Counted from the first letter of the stretch, positions 16,036 to 25,956 are shown. The stretch is 64,000 nucleotides of DNA from an uncultured Eggerthella sp. (GCA_900546175.1 URBX01000003.1:2224-66223), one strand, 5' to 3'. Notes: generated from the sequence alone by a model not told the origin. A program made the numbers and translations.

Positions 16036-17847
16036 ATGAAAAACTGTTATAGCGTAACCACATATTCAGTCCAGTCCGTCCTGGGCTACATCAACGCCGG
16101 AGACATCGCAATCCCGGAGATCCAGCGTCCGTTCGTCTGGTCGAAGACCCAAGTCCGCGACCTCGTGGACTCCCTTTTCCGCGGATATCCAACCGGCTAC
16201 CTCATTACCTGGAAGAACCCGGACGTCAAGGTCAAGGGCGGTGGAACGGCCGAGGGAAAGAAAGTGCTTATCGACGGCCAGCAGCGTGTGACCGCCATCA
16301 TGGCCGCGCTTGCCGGACAGCAGGTTCTAAACGAGGATTACGAGCTCGGCCCTATCAAAATTGCATTCAACCCCCTCTATGACGGCGAGGACAGCCCGTT
16401 CGAGGTCCTGACTCCGATCATCGAGCGCGACACGAAATGGGTATCCGATATCTCCGAGCTCTTCCAGCCCGGAGCCAGCACGTTCAAGTTCATCACGGAG
16501 TACATCAAGGCCAATGAGGGCTGCGATGCCGACAAGGTCAGCGCGAGCATCGAAGAGCTCACATCCATCGCGATGCGCCAGCTCGGCGTCATCGAGATCG
16601 ACGCATCCTGCACGATTGACGAGGTCACCGACATCTTCATCCGCATCAACTCGAAGGGAGCGGTGCTCTCCCAGGCTGACTTCGCTATGTCCAAGATCGC
16701 CGCAGATGAGGCCCACGGCGGAAACATGCTGCGCAAGGCGATCGACTACTACTGCCACCTGGCGGTAAAGCCGGAATTTTGGTCAACCATCAGCGTGCAG
16801 GACCCCGACTACATGGCGAGCGAGTACGTTGCGAAGACCGAGTGGTTGAAGGACGACAAGGACGATATCTACGACCCCGATTACAACGACGTCCTGCGCG
16901 TCGCCTTTATGTACAAGTTCGGTCGAGGCAAGCTCGCAGACCTCGTCGCACTCCTCTCGGGACGAGACTTCGAGGCCCGCGACTACAAGGCTGAGATCGC
17001 CGACGAATCCTTCGCCAAGCTCCATGACGGCGTCCTGCGCTTCATGGACAAGAACAACTTCCAAGATTTCGTTCTTGCGTTGCGCTCGGCAGGTTTCGTG
17101 AGCCCATCGATCATTTACTCGAAGGGCGCGATTAACTTCGCGTACAACCTCTATCTCACGCTACGCGAGGATCCTTCCATTCCTTCAACCGACGTCAAGC
17201 GCTGGGTGCAGCGCTGGTACGTCATGTCCGTCCTGACGGGTCGCTACTCTGGTTCTTCAGAATCCGTCATGGATCGTGACATCAGGCGCATCTCCGAACA
17301 GGGATTCCTCTCTTTCTACGAGGAAGTTGCCCAGGCACAGCTTTCCGACACTTTCTGGGAGGTCAACCTTCCTCAGGCGCTGAACACCACCAGCACCCGT
17401 ACTGGTGCTTGGCTTGTGTATCTGGCGTCCCAGGTACGATCTGCGAACAATACACTGTTCACGAACGGCGTCAAGGTGAGCGATGTCGTTGCCACCATCG
17501 GCGACATTCATCACATCTTCCCAAAGAACTACCTAAAGAAGGAGCTTGACGCGCAGAAGGGCCTTTACAACCAGGTCGCGAACTACGCTTACCTCGAGAA
17601 GCGCATCAACATCAAAATCGCCGATAGGAGGCCGGGAGACTACTTCACCGAGGCGCTAGATGCCTGCAGCGCAGGTTCTACATACTTCGGCGACATCGCC
17701 AAGGTTGATGATCTGTATGCCAACATGGCCGAAAACTGCATTCCCGAAGATATCTTTGACATGGGAGCCGAGGACTACAGGGAGTTCCTCTCTAAGCGTC
17801 GTCAGCTTATGGCAGCTAAGATCAGGGATTATTTCAAGGGACTGTAG
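16036..17847 (+). CDS. DUF262 (ParB-like nuclease N-terminus) / DUF1524 (HNH-like C-terminus) protein, GmrSD-family Type IV modification-dependent restriction enzyme-like
   Basis: N-terminal IPEIQRPFVW and LIDGQQRVTAI (DGQQR motif of DUF262); C-terminal IGDIHHIFPKNYL (His-Me finger of DUF1524); 10 nt downstream of hsdR. Confidence 0.85.
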   Translation: MKNCYSVTTYSVQSVLGYINAGDIAIPEIQRPFVWSKTQVRDLVDSLFRGYPTGYLITWKNPDVKVKGGGTAEGKKVLIDGQQRVTAIMAALAGQQVLNEDYELGPIKIAFNPLYDGEDSPFEVLTPIIERDTKWVSDISELFQPGASTFKFITEYIKANEGCDADKVSASIEELTSIAMRQLGVIEIDASCTIDEVTDIFIRINSKGAVLSQADFAMSKIAADEAHGGNMLRKAIDYYCHLAVKPEFWSTISVQDPDYMASEYVAKTEWLKDDKDDIYDPDYNDVLRVAFMYKFGRGKLADLVALLSGRDFEARDYKAEIADESFAKLHDGVLRFMDKNNFQDFVLALRSAGFVSPSIIYSKGAINFAYNLYLTLREDPSIPSTDVKRWVQRWYVMSVLTGRYSGSSESVMDRDIRRISEQGFLSFYEEVAQAQLSDTFWEVNLPQALNTTSTRTGAWLVYLASQVRSANNTLFTNGVKVSDVVATIGDIHHIFPKNYLKKELDAQKGLYNQVANYAYLEKRINIKIADRRPGDYFTEALDACSAGSTYFGDIAKVDDLYANMAENCIPEDIFDMGAEDYREFLSKRRQLMAAKIRDYFKGL

Positions 17848-17949
17848 CCTGCTAGGGGAGGGTTTGTGGAGTCAGCTCTACCCCGCCCTCCTTCGGTTTT
17901 ACTTAAAGGCTTAAGCGAATTACAACACCCACAAACCACCCGCTCAAAA

Positions 17950-18568
17950 ACTCATCTTTTGTCACAGGGAAAACGGCCCGTGACAACATTTTGACAACAT
18001 GGATTTTCGCGAATTTTGTTTAACGCAACAGTCGCACAAAAATTGATAGCCGGCTGAGTGAAGCTATCATTTTCACCGTTATTCTGATTCTTCGTTTTTA
18101 TCAAGCGCCAATATTGCTCTAATGTAAATAGCAACAGCCTGTTTTAGACCAACAACTTCCTGAGCCTCGTTAACCTGATGGCCTGAGCCAACACCTTCCG
18201 GCAAAGGACCTAATCCAAATCTTCCCGGACCAAATCCAAGAGCGCCTGGAATATAGCGCGCATGAGTTGCTCCCCCCCATAGCATAGGGCCTTAGCGAAA
18301 CCCCCAGCTCTTCGTTAACAATAGCAGTGAGCAATTCAACCTTTTCGTCCTGAGGATTAACAAAATGAGACTTGCTAGACGATTCGATTTCTACCTCAAA
18401 ATGAGCATTATTAAACGTCCGAAAAACATTTCGCACAACCCATTTCTCTTCAACTACTGAAGGGTATCTAATATTTAAAGTAACTTGAAAGGTGCCTTTG
18501 TCGTAGGAAGCGAAAACGGGAACAGCCGTAGTGTCTCCCAAAAAGTCATCGTGAACCGATATTTCCAA
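17950..18568 (-). pseudogene. M20-family peptidase (dipeptidase) 3' fragment, 5'-truncated and frameshifted at a C7/G7 homopolymer
   Basis: Two adjacent minus-strand ORFs (18170-18568 and 18079-18285) together read ...LRPYAMGG / ATHARYIPGALGFGPG...HQVNEAQEVVGLKQAVAIYIRAILAL (M20 C-terminal H-x-x-NE motif); the frames are joined across the tract tcccccccat at about 18271-18277; only about 200 aa remain where about 450 are expected. Confidence 0.5.
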
Positions 18569-18620
18569 AGCGCTTCCGTCATAACAAGTGCAAACTGCTT
18601 AGCTTTTACCTCTTGGCTTT

Positions 18621-18678
18621 TGCTACCTATCCAAGCATAGATAGGTAGCGTTCGCCAGTGTCGGGAAGAATAACAATA
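18621..18678. repeat. Duplicated copy of the cysK 3' terminus (direct repeat partner of 21678-21733)
   Basis: ctatccaagcatagataGgtagcgttcgccagtgtcgggaagaataacaa versus ctatccaagcatagataGatagcgttcgccagtgtcgggaagaataacaa at the real cysK end; one mismatch over about 52 bp; on the minus strand it encodes ...ILPDTGERYLSMLG*. Confidence 0.75.
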
Positions 18679-18689
18679 CTATTGAGTTC

Positions 18690-19415
18690 TTATTTTTCTA
18701 GCACCTTGCAGATCTGATAGGCCATGTCCAGGTTCTTTGAGACATAGTTCATTGCGTCCACAAACTCCTGCTCGAAGAAGTTTTCGACCAATCTGCCAAA
18801 CAAACTGTCAGGACGATCATGCGTCACAAGATCAAGCATCTTTTCTTTGCCTACAGCTTCCTGCTGATGCGCTGCAAACTCTGCAATTCTCTCGGACTGC
18901 TTTTTAATATCTTCGCCCTTGTATTTTCCGTTAAGCTCCAGGCCTCTTCTGGATATAAGCCTCAATCCTGATATTCTAGTAATTATTGTTTCACGGTTTA
19001 GCTGACACTCTATGTGTTTTGCATACGGATGAGTTGTTTTGATATGCACGATGATGTTGTAACGCCAGAACACCTTGTCGAAATCTTCCATTTTCAGGCT
19101 TTCCTGCATTGGTTCTCTGATTGCGAATTTATCAGGTTTTTCTGTCCAATATTCATCAACTTCCACATAGGCTTCTTTCACCTGATCGAAATCAACGATG
19201 TATGGATTCTTTGACTTGAAATCATCTTCAGGACCCTCAACAACAACAAAGCACTTGCGTCCTTCATCATAGATGAACTGCATGGCATCTGGAAATTCTT
19301 TCATTCCCAGGGCCGCGGTCATATCAAATTCGCTTTCCAATCTCTTGAGATTCTCCTCCTGAAAAGCTTTTTTCTCCTCTTTTCCTTTGCGCATGAAGTC
19401 AAAAAGTCCCATAGC
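18690..19415 (-). CDS. Hypothetical protein (about 241 aa)
   Basis: Start chosen at MGLFDFMRKGKEE with RBS AAGGAGGAG; no recognisable domain. Confidence 0.55.
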   Translation of the reverse strand, partial: AMGLFDFMRKGKEEKKAFQEENLKRLESEFDMTAALGMKEFPDAMQFIYDEGRKCFVVVEGPEDDFKSKNPYIVDFDQVKEAYVEVDEYWTEKPDKFAIREPMQESLKMEDFDKVFWRYNIIVHIKTTHPYAKHIECQLNRETIITRISGLRLISRRGLELNGKYKGEDIKKQSERIAEFAAHQQEAVGKEKMLDLVTHDRPDSLFGRLVENFFEQEFVDAMNYVSKNLDMAYQICKVLEK

Positions 19416-19581
19416 TGGTCTCCTCCTTAGTTGAGAAGATGTCTGCCTCTTTTTTGTAAGAGGCATTCAGCACTATCGACAGTATGACAGACCGAAGAAA
19501 TTATTGCATGATTTAGACACAGACATGATGCATTTTTTGTCATACTTCTCTCTATCACGGTTTTTTGCAAAGGAGGCATTC

Positions 19582-19899
19582 ATGGGATTGTTTGGCCTAT
19601 TCGGATCCAACATCAACAAGGACGTCGAAGAGTGCCGCGCCACTGAGGGCGCTGTATTAATTGATGTTCGCAATGAAGAAGAATATGAACAGGGGCACAT
19701 CCCTGGTGCTATCAATATTCCCCTGAGCACCATTGGTCTTGTTCTTGAGAAATACCCAAAAAAGGACATTCCGTTGTTCGTATATTGTCTCAGCGGAGGC
19801 CGCAGCGGACAGGCAGTAAGCTACCTCAAGCAGGCAGGTTACACCAATGTTAAAAACATCGGTGGCATAGGCAGCTATACAGGAAAGCTGGTGCGCTAG
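19582..19899 (+). CDS. Rhodanese-domain (sulfurtransferase-like) protein
   Basis: RBS AGGAGG plus ATG; active-site loop YCLSGGRSG; single rhodanese domain of about 105 aa. Confidence 0.8.
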   Translation: MGLFGLFGSNINKDVEECRATEGAVLIDVRNEEEYEQGHIPGAINIPLSTIGLVLEKYPKKDIPLFVYCLSGGRSGQAVSYLKQAGYTNVKNIGGIGSYTGKLVR

Positions 19900-19901
19900 T
19901 C

Positions 19902-21593
19902 ATGAAGATTGTCATTGTTGGTGGCGTAGCTGGTGGCGCATCTGCAGCAGCTCGTCTTCGCCGTCTTGATGAGCAAGCAGAAATCATCATCTTCGAAAAA
20001 TCAGGATTTGTATCCTATGCTAACTGCGGCCTGCCGTACTACATTGGCGGTATCATTACCGAGCAGTCAGCACTTACTCTGCAAACACCAGAAAGCTTCT
20101 GGAAGCGCTTTCATATCCAGGTTAAAGTCAATCACGAAGTCACTGCGATTAAACCAGAAAACCATACCGTGTCGGTTCGCAATCTAACAACAGGTGAAGA
20201 CTTCGTTGAAACGTACGACAAGCTAATCTTGTCCCCTGGAGCAAAGCCCACTCGGCCCCCACTGCCAGGCATTAATTCCAACAAAATATTCAGCTTGCGC
20301 ACCGTGGAGGACACTTTGCGCATCCATGACTATGTACAGGAGCATAAACCCCAAAGTGCGGTTTTGGTAGGCGGCGGCTATATTGGCATTGAAGTGGCGG
20401 AAAACCTTCGCGAATTAGGCATAAGCGTTACCATTGTTCAGCGTCCTTGTCAGCTGATGAACACTCTAGACTACGATATGGCCACCCTTGTCCATGCGGA
20501 AATGCGCCGCAAGGATATTACACTTAAGCTCGGTAGCAGCGTAATAGGCTTCCGAGAAGAAAACGACCAAATAATCACCGAACTTAAAAACGAGAGCGAA
20601 ATTCCAGCCGATTTAGTTCTGCTCGCTATTGGAGTTACTCCAGACACCGCTTTAGCGAAAAACGCTGGACTTAAATTAGGCATCAAGGAAAGCATTGTGG
20701 TGAATGACCGCATGGAGACTTCCATCCCTGACGTGTATGCAGTGGGTGACGCAGTGCAAGTCAAGCATCAAGTTACTGGCGAAGATGCCGTGATTTCCCT
20801 TGCGGGTCCCGCGAATAAGCAGGGTCGCATTGCTGCCGATACTATCTGCGGACAAGAAAGCCACTATCGTGGATCATTAGGTTCTTCCGTTATTAAGATT
20901 TTCGATCTTACGGTGGCCAGCACCGGCATGACAGAGAAGGCAGCAAAAGCGGCAAGAATTAACTATGACCGTGTCGTTCTGTCGCCTAGCTCCCATGCAG
21001 GATACTATCCAGGCGCTAAGCCAATGACCATGAAAGTAGTCTTCGAAAAAGAAACTCTTCGCCTACTAGGTGCCCAAATTATTGGTGCCGATGGCGTAGA
21101 CAAGCGCCTTGATGTATTGGCAACTGCTATCCAAGCAGGCATTCCTGCAGACAAACTGAAGGATCTTGATCTAGCCTACGCTCCTCCCTACTCTTCCGCT
21201 AAGGACCCCGTCAATATGGCCGGATTCATGATCGAAAACCTGCATGCTGGCTTAGTTAAACAATGGCATTGGGATCAGGAGCCTCTCTTGCCACGAGATG
21301 GCAGCGTTACTTTATTAGATACGCGCACCGCTGCAGAATACGAACGTGGCCACATTAACGGCTTTGTCAATATCCCCGTGGATGATTTGCGTGAGCGTTT
21401 GAGCGAAATCGAACTTGCGAAGCCGGTTTATGTAATCTGTCAAAGTGGCCTGCGCAGCTACATTGCTTGCCGAATCTTAAGCCAAAAAGGTTACGATTGC
21501 TACAACTTCTCTGGCGGATATCGCTTTTATGCCGCTGTTACCCAAGAAAAACAAGCCAGCGAGAATGTTTTTCCGTGCGGTATGGAACGCTAG
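19902..21593 (+). CDS. CoA-disulfide reductase / NADH oxidase family flavoprotein with a C-terminal rhodanese domain (CoADR-RHD)
   Basis: FAD motif IVIVGGVAGGASAA; redox-active Cys in SYANCGLPY; second dinucleotide motif VLVGGGYIGIEVA; C-terminal rhodanese with YVICQSGLRS. Confidence 0.85.
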   Translation: MKIVIVGGVAGGASAAARLRRLDEQAEIIIFEKSGFVSYANCGLPYYIGGIITEQSALTLQTPESFWKRFHIQVKVNHEVTAIKPENHTVSVRNLTTGEDFVETYDKLILSPGAKPTRPPLPGINSNKIFSLRTVEDTLRIHDYVQEHKPQSAVLVGGGYIGIEVAENLRELGISVTIVQRPCQLMNTLDYDMATLVHAEMRRKDITLKLGSSVIGFREENDQIITELKNESEIPADLVLLAIGVTPDTALAKNAGLKLGIKESIVVNDRMETSIPDVYAVGDAVQVKHQVTGEDAVISLAGPANKQGRIAADTICGQESHYRGSLGSSVIKIFDLTVASTGMTEKAAKAARINYDRVVLSPSSHAGYYPGAKPMTMKVVFEKETLRLLGAQIIGADGVDKRLDVLATAIQAGIPADKLKDLDLAYAPPYSSAKDPVNMAGFMIENLHAGLVKQWHWDQEPLLPRDGSVTLLDTRTAAEYERGHINGFVNIPVDDLRERLSEIELAKPVYVICQSGLRSYIACRILSQKGYDCYNFSGGYRFYAAVTQEKQASENVFPCGMER

Positions 21594-21677
21594 AGTTACG
21601 GCGCCTTACCTCTATAGGACGGAGGCTCCAGAAGCATGCTCGCTAGCTTTATCACGATGACAAGAATAGCGGCATCC

Positions 21678-21733
21678 TTACTACTATCCAAGCATAGATA
21701 GATAGCGTTCGCCAGTGTCGGGAAGAATAACAA
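21678..21733. repeat. cysK 3' terminus, direct repeat partner of 18621-18678
   Basis: See 18621-18678. Confidence 0.75.
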
Positions 21734-22589
21734 CAATATTCTTCCCGGCAAACTCGGGGAGTTCAGCCAACTTAGCACCTGCTACTGCGGCTGCACCAGC
21801 AGAAATACCTACGAAGATGCCTTGTTCATGACCGAGCTTCTTCTGGTACTCAAAAGCTTCCTCGGTGGATACGTGAATAATATCATCGTAAATATCCTGG
21901 TCGAGAATCTCAGGAATAAAGCCCGGCATGATTCCCTGAATCTTATGAGCACCGTTTGGCCCACCTTCCAAAACGCGTGACTCCTCAGGTTCTACCGCAT
22001 AAGCCTTCAAATTCGCATCCTGCTCCTTCAAGTACTTTCCGGCGCCGGACAAAGTTCCTCCTGTACCAACGCCCGCAACAAATGCAGCAATCTCGCCTTC
22101 GGTATCTCTCCAGATTTCAGGACCGGTGGTTTCGTAATGAATGCGAGCATTAACAGGATTTGCAAACTGACTTGGAGCAAAGCTGTTAGGTGTTTCAGCC
22201 AAAAGTTTAGCCGCTTCTTCATTTGCAAGAGGCACGCCACCATCAACAATACGAAGCTCAGCGCCATAAGCCTGAATAAGCTTGCGGCGTTCAACAGACA
22301 TACCCGCCGGCAAGAAGATGATAGTTTTTAGGCCATACGCTGCACCAATGAGAGCCAAGCCAATACCAGTATTGCCAGAAGTAGACTCAATAATAACGGT
22401 GTCCTTATTAATCTTGCCCGTTGCAATGCCGTCGTCGATGATTGCCTTTGCAATGCGATCTTTTACCGAGCCGCCAGGATTAGTGTACTCAAGCTTGCCA
22501 TAGACATTTGCCTTGTCGGAAACATTGAGCTTGATAAGCGGAGTGTTTCCAATAAGTTCGTCAATACGATTTAGCGCCTTTACCGTCAT
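21684..22589 (-). CDS. cysK: Cysteine synthase A (O-acetylserine sulfhydrylase), PLP-dependent
   Basis: GNTPLIKLN, GGSVKDRIA (PLP lysine), TSGNTGIGLA, and the C-terminus PDTGERYLS; start taken at the ATG of MTVKALN with RBS GAAAGGAAC. Confidence 0.9.
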   Translation of the reverse strand: MTVKALNRIDELIGNTPLIKLNVSDKANVYGKLEYTNPGGSVKDRIAKAIIDDGIATGKINKDTVIIESTSGNTGIGLALIGAAYGLKTIIFLPAGMSVERRKLIQAYGAELRIVDGGVPLANEEAAKLLAETPNSFAPSQFANPVNARIHYETTGPEIWRDTEGEIAAFVAGVGTGGTLSGAGKYLKEQDANLKAYAVEPEESRVLEGGPNGAHKIQGIMPGFIPEILDQDIYDDIIHVSTEEAFEYQKKLGHEQGIFVGISAGAAAVAGAKLAELPEFAGKNIVVILPDTGERYLSMLG

Positions 22590-22778
22590 AATGGTTCCTT
22601 TCAACAGAAGTCGTTTTCACCATTAATCATAGTTGTTTACTAGGCTTTTGTACCCATTGACTTTTTGGCGCCTGGCCATCGATTTTGCAAATAACCACTT
22701 CATGTAACTAGGCTTATGCCAAAAAAAGAGCTAGCTCTGAGGCGAGCTAGCTCAAAAGATTAACGGGTTAAATGCTTT

Positions 22779-23375
22779 CTAGCTAAAGTTCCACTTTACA
22801 CTTTCGATGCACTTCTTTACTCCCTCATCATTAAGGAGGTCAGCACCAACAATAGTAATAGCAACAGGCTTATCATCTACTACCGAAACGTACTGAATTC
22901 CGTCTTCGCCATTAACGGTCATGTGAGAAGCATAGTAGGTATACTCACCAATAGTTACTTCTTCGAGGTCCTCAAGAATGTTTGGATACTTAGCCTGATA
23001 AGCTGTTAAATCAGCACTGAGCATATCTTTCGTGTATGGCTGGCCAGCGGTAAAGATTGTAATACCTTCTGGTTCGTCAATAAACCAAATATCTCCTGAT
23101 TTATCTACCGTAACAAAGCAGATCATCTTATCAGAGGAAGGCTGATCGTTATTGGAAGGATGAGGCTTAGCAAAAGTAACCATTTCTGTCTTTGTGTCAA
23201 TAAAGGTCTTCAAGCCGTTTTCGTTGTATTCAGTAACTGAAACATAACCATTTGTTGATTTAACTGGCTCAGATGATTTGCTGCTACCACCGCATCCAGT
23301 AAGTACTACCGCTAAACATATGGCAAGGCAGCAAGTTAGCACTAGGAGCATTTTTTTTGTACGTACTAAGTTCAT
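22779..23375 (-). CDS. Lipoprotein, hypothetical
   Basis: MNLVRTKKMLLVLTCCLAICLAVVLTGCGGSS: signal peptide plus lipobox (LTGC); RBS GGAGG. Confidence 0.6.
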   Translation of the reverse strand: MNLVRTKKMLLVLTCCLAICLAVVLTGCGGSSKSSEPVKSTNGYVSVTEYNENGLKTFIDTKTEMVTFAKPHPSNNDQPSSDKMICFVTVDKSGDIWFIDEPEGITIFTAGQPYTKDMLSADLTAYQAKYPNILEDLEEVTIGEYTYYASHMTVNGEDGIQYVSVVDDKPVAITIVGADLLNDEGVKKCIESVKWNFS

Positions 23376-23534
23376 AATGGCCTCCAAAAAACCAAAACAA
23401 CACATTAAACGCATTGTCTCATTTGTTAGGCTTGTTCGGGCTCTTCGTTTCAAAATAATTCTTATTTCGATCGTATTTTTTTAACTATAGCTAGAATGAA
23501 GCATTGAAGATTTCAACAGTAAGGATTTTCATAT

Positions 23535-24788
23535 ATGACCAATAATTCGCAAAACACCAAAGCTAACTACACAACGGGCGGACACAAACTACCCGATAAC
23601 TGGCTTTCACGCATTGTCCTAATTTGGGGCGGCAACGCCTTGTCTGCCATTGCAGGTAGTGCGGCAAGCTTTGCAGGCATTTGGTATGTTACTGAATCTA
23701 CAGGATCCCCTTTATATATTGCCGCTTTATACGTACTCGCATTTCTTCCAATGGGACTCCTCTCCCCTTTCGGAGGCGTCATTGCTGATAAATACAACCG
23801 AAAAGCAATCATTATTATTTGTGACACCGTTCTTGCCTTGACGGGAATTGGCATTGCTGTCTGGATTGCTCTGCTAGGACCAAGCGTTGAATCAATAATG
23901 CTTTTCTGTGCATCCTGGGGCTTTGCTTCGGCTTTTCGCGGGCCAGCGTTTAATGCAACCATGCCATTTCTTGTTCCTGAACGACATTTAATAAGAATCA
24001 ACAGCTTAGATACGCTTTTAGGAAGCATCTCAATGATTGCTGCTCCCGCTCTTGGGATTCTGCTCTATACCGCATTCGGACTCCAAGCATCCATTGTGTT
24101 AGGAGGTTTTGGATCGCTTTGCGCCGTGCTCACCATGCTCCTAGCAAAGTTGCCAAAACTCACCACTGAAGAACAAACTGGCGTTGTAAAAAGTTTGAAA
24201 GAAGGCATTTTTGCTCTAGCCGAACAGAAAGGCCTTTTAGTTCTTACCATAGGAGTATCGTTGGGAATGTTTGCCTATGGTCCCCTTGATTCTCTCCTAC
24301 CATTGATGGTCAACAGTCAATTTGGTGGAGACGGATTTGCCGCATCACTGCTTGCTGCAATCATGGGAGCAGGAATGCTTGTTGGTGCCGTAGCACTCAT
24401 GGTAGTAAATCCAAAAACACGATTAGCTCACATTATTATTGGTGCTTCAATTATTGTTGGCGCTTGCGCATTTATAGCCGGCTTCATACCAAAAGATAAT
24501 TTCCCTCTGTTTGTCTTTGCTATTGGTGTGCTCGCAATTGCTTGTGCGTGGTTTAACGCTCCTTTGATGACGCTTTTACAGAAAAACATTCCCGAGGAAA
24601 AACTTGGGCGCGTTATGGGACTTTTTACCGCTATGACTGGCTTAGCTATTCCGCTAGGAACAGCAGTTGGTGGTGTTATTGCCGAAATAATTGGCACACC
24701 ACTCTTCTTCAGCGCAGACGGTATTTTCATTCTTCTGATTGGAGCGAGCATTGCGCTTTCAAAAGAAGTGAGAAAGCTCTCCCGCTAG
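23535..24788 (+). CDS. MFS transporter (about 12 TM, efflux type)
   Basis: 417 aa, hydrophobic throughout, MFS-like loop motif GGVIADKYNRK. Confidence 0.8.
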   Translation: MTNNSQNTKANYTTGGHKLPDNWLSRIVLIWGGNALSAIAGSAASFAGIWYVTESTGSPLYIAALYVLAFLPMGLLSPFGGVIADKYNRKAIIIICDTVLALTGIGIAVWIALLGPSVESIMLFCASWGFASAFRGPAFNATMPFLVPERHLIRINSLDTLLGSISMIAAPALGILLYTAFGLQASIVLGGFGSLCAVLTMLLAKLPKLTTEEQTGVVKSLKEGIFALAEQKGLLVLTIGVSLGMFAYGPLDSLLPLMVNSQFGGDGFAASLLAAIMGAGMLVGAVALMVVNPKTRLAHIIIGASIIVGACAFIAGFIPKDNFPLFVFAIGVLAIACAWFNAPLMTLLQKNIPEEKLGRVMGLFTAMTGLAIPLGTAVGGVIAEIIGTPLFFSADGIFILLIGASIALSKEVRKLSR

Positions 24789-25016
24789 AAGCTCTATGTA
24801 ACGCGCCAGGCTATTTCCCGATGGGAAAACGGAGAAACAACTCCCGGAATAGATATGGCGATGAAACAATTGACTCAGCAAATGAATAAGGAATGAATCA
24901 AATAGGTTAATTCTTGAGCCTTTTGATACAAATAAACCTATCACTGCCTGAAAAATAAGGCATAATGTTTCACGTCAGGCTCAAGCCTGGTGTGCAAATG
25001 AGTGAAAGGTTAACCA

Positions 25017-25808
25017 ATGAAAAAAACCCTTATGACACTTGCCCTAGCTGCAGTGTTGGCTTTATCCTTGGGTACCTTGGCAGGTTGCTCTTCCTCTTCC
25101 AAAAGCTCCAGCAATGATCTGGGTTTGGTAAATGAAGGCAAATTGACCATCGTTACCTCTCCTGACTACCCACCATTTGAAAATCTTAACGATTCTGGTG
25201 AGGCAGAAGGCTTCGAAATTGCTCTTGCTAAAGCAGTAGCAGAAAAGATGGGCCTCGAATTGAAGGTTGAGACCATGCAGTTCGATGGCATTATCACCGC
25301 AGTAAGCGCTGGTGGTAAGTACGACATGGGCATTTCTGGATTCTCGGTAACTCCAGAACGTGCTGAGCAGATTAACTTCACCGATTCCTACTATGTAGAC
25401 GATCTCTCATGCGCAGTATTGAAGAGCTCTTCTATTACTTCTGACAACTGCGACGCTGAACTCAATAAAGCTGGCGTAGTAATTGCAGTACAGTCTGGCA
25501 CCACCGGTGAAGCATACGCACAGGAAAACTACCCTAACGCTACCATCAAAGCATACGGCAACTCCAATGACTGCTTTGCTGCTTTGAACGCTGGTCAGGC
25601 CAACGCAGCATTGACCAACGCAGCAGTAGTTGAGAGCATGCTCTCTTCTTACACTGATGCAACCGTTGTTAAGTCTGTTGCAACTGGTGAAGAGTATGCA
25701 GCAGCTATCAACAAAGACAACGCAGCTTTGCTTGAAGCAGTAAACAAGGCTCTCAAAGAGCTCAAGGACGACGGAACTATCGAAAAATTGATGAAGGAAT
25801 GGATGTAG
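25017..25808 (+). CDS. Amino-acid ABC transporter substrate-binding lipoprotein (SBP_bac_3 family)
   Basis: Signal peptide with lipobox LAGCSSS; polar amino-acid binding protein architecture. Confidence 0.85.
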   Translation: MKKTLMTLALAAVLALSLGTLAGCSSSSKSSSNDLGLVNEGKLTIVTSPDYPPFENLNDSGEAEGFEIALAKAVAEKMGLELKVETMQFDGIITAVSAGGKYDMGISGFSVTPERAEQINFTDSYYVDDLSCAVLKSSSITSDNCDAELNKAGVVIAVQSGTTGEAYAQENYPNATIKAYGNSNDCFAALNAGQANAALTNAAVVESMLSSYTDATVVKSVATGEEYAAAINKDNAALLEAVNKALKELKDDGTIEKLMKEWM

Positions 25809-25956
25809 TCTTATTCGCTGACTAACCCCCATTTTTTGCGATAACTGGTAGTTATTAAAGTCTCGCAACAAAAAAAGAACCCTCTTTGCGAAAGCAGAGG
25901 GGGTTCTGCTCTTTTACTCTTGCACTTTTTCTCTTATGATTTAAACCACATTTCTC

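Noticed and set aside
22028-22503. Several 60-90-aa ORFs on both strands
   Set aside because: They are nested inside cysK.
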